Positions 25,812-29,703 of a stretch of DNA of 29,703 bases are shown piece after piece. The stretch comes from Acidobacteriota bacterium (GTDB lineage Bacteria; Acidobacteriota; Thermoanaerobaculia; Gp7-AA8). The notes below the pieces were generated by a model that ran no database searches, was not told the DNA's origin, and saw only the letters and a list, made by a program, of their open reading frames with translations. The DNA is taken from NCBI GenBank assembly GCA_003223695.1, contig QHVY01000144.1:1-29703 (forward strand). Direction: 5' to 3'. Position 1 is the first letter of the stretch. Every line of letters starts with the position of its first letter. The position numbers and the translations under genes were made by a program.

Positions 25812-26683
25812 AACAGATCGCCCTTGCAATCGCACTCACGGCGATCGGCGATACCCACGCATTGCCGCCAGCGCTTCGATGTGCTGTGAATCCTGCGGTA
25901 TTCGAGGCACTGCCCGCCCCCGGCCCGAACGACTGGCTGGCAAATCATCCCGAGCGCGGTCAGACGTTCGACGATTTCGTAAGCTCGCACCCGAATCGCC
26001 CAACTCCGCAGCAGCACACCATCTATCTCCAGCCTCTCGGTACTTTCGACGTAGAGCCGGCTCTTAGCCGGCTCCCGAGCCGACTGAGAGTCGGCTCTAC
26101 GTCTGTCGAGACACTGAAAGAATTTACGGAAGCATTTTTCATGATGCCTGTGGTCGTGCGTCCGCCGCTCGATCTGGCGACGGCGAAAATCACAACGCGT
26201 ACGAATCCGTATACGCGGCAGCGTCAGCTTCTGACGACCGACATCCTCTCGTATCTCAAACGGCAACTCCCGGCGGACGCCTACTGCATGCTCGGAATCA
26301 CCATGATCGATCTCTATCCCGATCCAGCGTGGAATTTCGTTTTCGGACAGGCGGCGCTGCGCGATCGCGTCGGCGTGTATTCGTTCGCCCGATACGAAGG
26401 GGTCGCACGCCGAAGCTGCAAAGTGGTCGCGCACGAGACTTCGCACATGTTCGGCATCGAGCATTGCATCTACTTCCGATGTGTACTCAACGGATCGAAT
26501 CATCTCGCCGAATCGGACGCGCGTCCGATGCATCTCTGTCCCGTCGATCTCCGTAAGCTGCAGTGGAGTGTTGGGTTCGACGTCATCGAGCGCTATCGCC
26601 GATTGCGCGCGGTCTGCGAGCGCGCCGGCTTCGCCGACGAGGCCCGCTGGTGCCAGCGCGAGATCGAACGTTGCGGGAAATGA
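25808..26683 (+). CDS. Archaemetzincin-like (M54) zinc metallopeptidase
   Basis: GGAG then GTG start, IYLQPLG, DLYPDPAWNFVFGQA, HETSHMFGIEHCIYFRCVLNGS, LCPVD. Confidence 0.85.
   Translation: MKQIALAIALTAIGDTHALPPALRCAVNPAVFEALPAPGPNDWLANHPERGQTFDDFVSSHPNRPTPQQHTIYLQPLGTFDVEPALSRLPSRLRVGSTSVETLKEFTEAFFMMPVVVRPPLDLATAKITTRTNPYTRQRQLLTTDILSYLKRQLPADAYCMLGITMIDLYPDPAWNFVFGQAALRDRVGVYSFARYEGVARRSCKVVAHETSHMFGIEHCIYFRCVLNGSNHLAESDARPMHLCPVDLRKLQWSVGFDVIERYRRLRAVCERAGFADEARWCQREIERCGK
26049..26102. repeat. Double-hairpin REP-like element, in frame in the M54 peptidase
   Basis: acgta...tacgt termini and two hairpins; it encodes VEPALSRLPSRLRVGST and is homologous to 6998..7049. Confidence 0.9.
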
Positions 26684-26696
26684 GCGCGAACGAGAT

Positions 26697-26797
26697 CCCT
26701 CGCCCCGCGCAGCGGGGAGAGGGTGGCGCGCAGCGCCGGGTGAGGGGCACCCCTCATCCGCCCTGCGGGCACCTTCTCCCCGCACGCGGGGAGAAGG
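26697..26797. repeat. Inverted pair of CCCTCTCCC-type palindromic repeats, intergenic
   Basis: Copy A (26697-26747) and inverted copy B (26750-26797) lie between the M54 and M28 genes. Confidence 0.9.
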
Positions 26798-26804
26798 ATG
26801 TCGA

Positions 26805-27605
26805 ATGCGGGAAATCGTAGAAACGCTCGCCGGTGCGATCGGCGAGCGCAACGTGACGAGGCCGCGCGCGTACGCGGAGGCCGCGGCTTTCATCGAGCAA
26901 TCGTTTCCGTCCGCATCGCGGCAAACGTTCGAGCACGGCGTGAACATCGAATGCGAAGTCCGCGGCAACCTGGAGATCGTCATCGTCGGCGCGCATTACG
27001 ATTCTGTGATCGGCTCGCCCGGTGCGGACGATAACGCGACCGGAGTGGCGGCGACGATTTCACTGGCGAATCGATTCGCCCGGCTAAAGCCGGCCCGCAC
27101 ACTGCGATTCGTTGCCTTTGCCAATGAGGAGCCGCCGCACTTCGGCACGCCCGCGATGGGTAGCTTCCAGTACGCCCAGCGCTGTCACGATCGCGGCGAA
27201 AAGATCGTGGCCATGCTCAGCCTGGAGTCGATCGGCTACTTCACCGACGCGCCGAAGTCGCAGACCTATCCGGCGATGCTCGACTTCATTTATCCATCGG
27301 TCGGAAACTTCGTTGCCTTCGTTTCCAATCTGCAGTCGTGGCGCCTCCTCCGACGCTGCGTTCGCAGCTTCAAGAGCTTTCCTGCGGTGAGCGGCGCGCT
27401 GCCGGAAATGATCGCCGGCGTCGCCTGGTCCGATCAGTGGGCGTTCTGGCGATTCGGCTATCCAGCGGTGATGGTCACCGACACGGCGCCTTTTCGAAAT
27501 CCGTACTATCACACTTCATTGGACAAGCCGGAGACGATCGACTACGCGCGCCTCGCGCAGGTCGTCGATGGACTCGCCGCCGTCATTGAGAGGTTGTGTT
27601 CATGA
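26805..27605 (+). CDS. M28 family metallopeptidase
   Basis: VGAHYDS, PGADDNATG, FANEE, WSDQWAF, YHTSLD. The start is ATG 26805; the upstream ORF extension is repeat-derived. Confidence 0.9.
   Translation: MREIVETLAGAIGERNVTRPRAYAEAAAFIEQSFPSASRQTFEHGVNIECEVRGNLEIVIVGAHYDSVIGSPGADDNATGVAATISLANRFARLKPARTLRFVAFANEEPPHFGTPAMGSFQYAQRCHDRGEKIVAMLSLESIGYFTDAPKSQTYPAMLDFIYPSVGNFVAFVSNLQSWRLLRRCVRSFKSFPAVSGALPEMIAGVAWSDQWAFWRFGYPAVMVTDTAPFRNPYYHTSLDKPETIDYARLAQVVDGLAAVIERLCS
27080..27102. repeat. Half-REP inside the M28 peptidase coding sequence
   Basis: ccggctaaagccggcccgcacac matches 23040..23062 at 22 of 23 nt and encodes RLKPART. Confidence 0.65.
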
Positions 27606-28902
27606 AAATCGCCGAAATCGCTTTATGTGCAGTGATGGCCACACCGGTTACCGCGCAGCAAACGGCACTTGATGAAGCCACCACCGCGGAGATGAAGAGC
27701 TTGAACATCCCCGGTGCCGCGGTGGTGATCGTTCGCGGCACAACGCCCATTTACGCAAAAGCATTTGGCATCGCAAATGCTGAGACGCGCGCTCCGGTAA
27801 GCCTAGACACCGCGTTTGAGCTCGCGTCGCTGACGAAGACATTCACGGCGATGACGCTGCTCACGTACGCGGAGCGAAAGGTGATCGATCTCGATGCGCC
27901 GGTCAGCCGCTACATCGCCCTCCCCGGCTGCCTCGGTTCCGCGCGAATCCGCCAGCTTCTCTCGCACACCGCAGGCATCCGCGATGAGCCGGACGAATTC
28001 GGCACGCATGACGACAACGCGATGGCGGAATAACGTTCTCCTACTCGAACGCTGGTTACACGCTCGCCGGTTTCGTTCTCGAAAAAATCGCCGGGAAGGC
28101 TTTCCCGGACCTGGTTGCAGCAACGGTGTTGTCACCACTGAAAATGACTCACAGCGGATTTCGCACCGTCACCGTCATGACGTATCCGTTCGCCGTTGGT
28201 CACAAGATGTCGGGCGAGGTTATTCGGCCGCTGGCCGAGGATTCGAGGCAGTGGCCGGCGGGCGGCCTCTTCGCCAGCGCCAATGACCTCTCGCGCTTCG
28301 CGATTGCGTTGCTCAACGACGGCATGGTCGATGGACAGCAGGTGATCGCGGCGAATGTCGTGAGGACAATGTTTACGCCGCGGGTCGAGATTCCAGCACT
28401 GCGCCAGCAGTATGGATACGGCCTCTTTATCAATGATCGTGTCGTCGAACATGCCGGCAGCAATCCGGGATTCACGGCTGTGTTGCGGATGAGACCCGAC
28501 GAGCACTGTGCCGTCATTGCGCTGGCAAACAGCGATGCGTTTCTTCGCAGCACGGCGCAGCGTGCATTGGAGACATGTACGGGCCGCGCCGCGCCGGCTC
28601 CTATAGTAACCAATACTATAGCGATTCCTCCGCAGCAGACGTCTGACTATGAAGGCACCTACGCGCAGCCGCGCCGCTGGACGATCGAGGTGGTGCGCAG
28701 CGGCGACGCACTCGTATTGAAGCAGTTCGGTAAGGAGTTTCCGCTGCTCCGTGTTGCCGGCGATCGCCTGGCGTTTCTCCCTGCGGCAGGCGCGCGGCCG
28801 AAAGAGATCGTTTTCCATCGTGACAGCAGCGGCAAAATCGATCTGCTGCAGGAAGACCTATGGGCCTTCAAGAAGCTTCGCGCGTCAGCTCAATCACCGT
28901 GA
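27602..28902 (+). pseudogene. Secreted serine hydrolase (beta-lactamase/class C-like family) split by a deletion/frameshift at about 28030
   Basis: SxxK (ASLTK) and LLSHTAG lie in the first frame, which stops at 28031-28033. YSN (TFSYSNAGY), PAGGLFAS and HAGS lie in a second frame starting right at the junction. Confidence 0.85.
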
Positions 28903-29703
28903 TCTCGCCGCCGACACCGAGGCGTGAGGGCGGCCCCCAGTAACCTGTGCCGCGGCTCACGTACAGCAGCATGTCGCCGACGCGATGCAGTCCGGCCACG
29001 ACCGGCTGAAACCAGCGGATCAGCAGATTGAACGGAAAGAACTGGCCGCCGTGCGTGTGCCCGGAGAGTTGCAGATCGACGCCGAGACGGCTTGCGTCCT
29101 GCGCGGCTTGGGGGCGATGCGCCAGCAGAATTCGAAATGCATCTCGAGGCGCGCCGGCGAGCGCGGCTCGAGCATCAGGTTTGTGCGTATCGCGGCCTGC
29201 CGGATCGGTGACGCCGGCGATGACGAGATTCCCGTTGACGACGCGGTGTTCATTCTTGAGAAATGTCAGGCCGAGACGCTCGAACTCTTTCACCCATTCG
29301 CTGGCGTGCCAGTAGTACTCGTGATTGCCGGTGACGACGAACACGCCGTCGCGCGCGCGCAGATCCCGCAGCGGTTCGATCGCGTGGCGCAGATCATCGA
29401 CATGGCCGTCGACGAGATCACCGGTGATGACGATCGCGTCAGCTTTCAGCGCGTTGGTGCGCTCGACCAGCGATTCGACGAAGCGGCGCTGAATCGTCGG
29501 GCCGATGTGCACATCGCTCCATTGCACGAGGCGATAGTCGAGGCTCGCGGGGATTTGAAGCGAAACCACACGAGGCCGCCTCGCCTGCACGAGACCAACG
29601 AAAGCCAAGAGGCCCGCCACTGCTATCGTGACGAAGCTCATCGTTGGCGCGCTGATCGTCGCGCGGGCGATCTTCAGAGACAAACGAAGAAGATCCGAGG
29701 TGA
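28868..29703 (-). CDS. Membrane-anchored calcineurin-like metallophosphoesterase (YkuE/YaeI-like); 5' end off the window
   Basis: SDVHIG, ITGDLVD, VTGNHEYY, LLAHRP, LSGHTHGGQ, VSRGTGYWGPP. The frame stays open to the window edge. Confidence 0.9.
   Translation of the reverse strand, partial: TSDLLRLSLKIARATISAPTMSFVTIAVAGLLAFVGLVQARRPRVVSLQIPASLDYRLVQWSDVHIGPTIQRRFVESLVERTNALKADAIVITGDLVDGHVDDLRHAIEPLRDLRARDGVFVVTGNHEYYWHASEWVKEFERLGLTFLKNEHRVVNGNLVIAGVTDPAGRDTHKPDARAALAGAPRDAFRILLAHRPQAAQDASRLGVDLQLSGHTHGGQFFPFNLLIRWFQPVVAGLHRVGDMLLYVSRGTGYWGPPSRLGVGGEITVIELTREAS

Noticed and set aside
28868-28902. 35-bp overlap of convergent 3' ends (serine hydrolase and metallophosphoesterase)
   Set aside because: Short convergent overlaps are common in compact GC-rich genomes, and there is no further signal.
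49-29315. Many long overlapping ORFs in the track (e.g. 4500..5369 +, 14098..15267 -, 19104..20693 +, 25535..26983 -)
   Set aside because: They are antisense or alternate-frame shadows of recognisable genes in GC-rich DNA, are Arg/Ala/Ser-rich, and have no motifs.
1-29703. Prophage, IS, integron, defence or biosynthetic gene cluster
   Set aside because: No integrase, transposase, phage structural, restriction, toxin-antitoxin, PKS or NRPS motifs were recognised. The SDR, GT2 and SRPBCC genes are not arranged as a cluster.

Overview
A GC-rich chromosomal window, probably from an Acidobacteriota (Thermoanaerobaculia-like) genome; the taxonomy is inferred from gene content and repeat style. It carries housekeeping genes (glgE, a treS-maltokinase fusion, purS, purQ, a fabG-like SDR, tmk, holB, an amidase with GerMN, a threonine-dehydratase-family enzyme, an RlmA-like methyltransferase, a TrkA-domain K+ channel) mixed with secreted or membrane hydrolases and hypothetical proteins. 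A di-haem cytochrome c gene at 1..1275 is missing from the ORF track because it runs off the window edge. I see no integrase, transposase, CRISPR array, tRNA or rRNA. The unusual signal is non-coding. (i) Seven hairpins have arms made of tandem 7-mers; the period is constant but the 7-mer differs between loci, three abut start codons, and one is translated in frame. (ii) Two REP-like palindrome families have entered coding sequence in frame or supply stop codons, and one pair shows compensatory base changes. (iii) An AT-rich intergenic unit at about 17856-18091 has a promoter-like region, a long self-complementary stem and a terminator, and is a candidate small RNA. (iv) The holB 3' end is duplicated in tandem with divergence. 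(v) At least five clear gene lesions occur, including a 57-bp templated copy inside treS-mak; these could be assembly or library artefacts. All translations, alignments and folds were done by hand, and no database searches were run.
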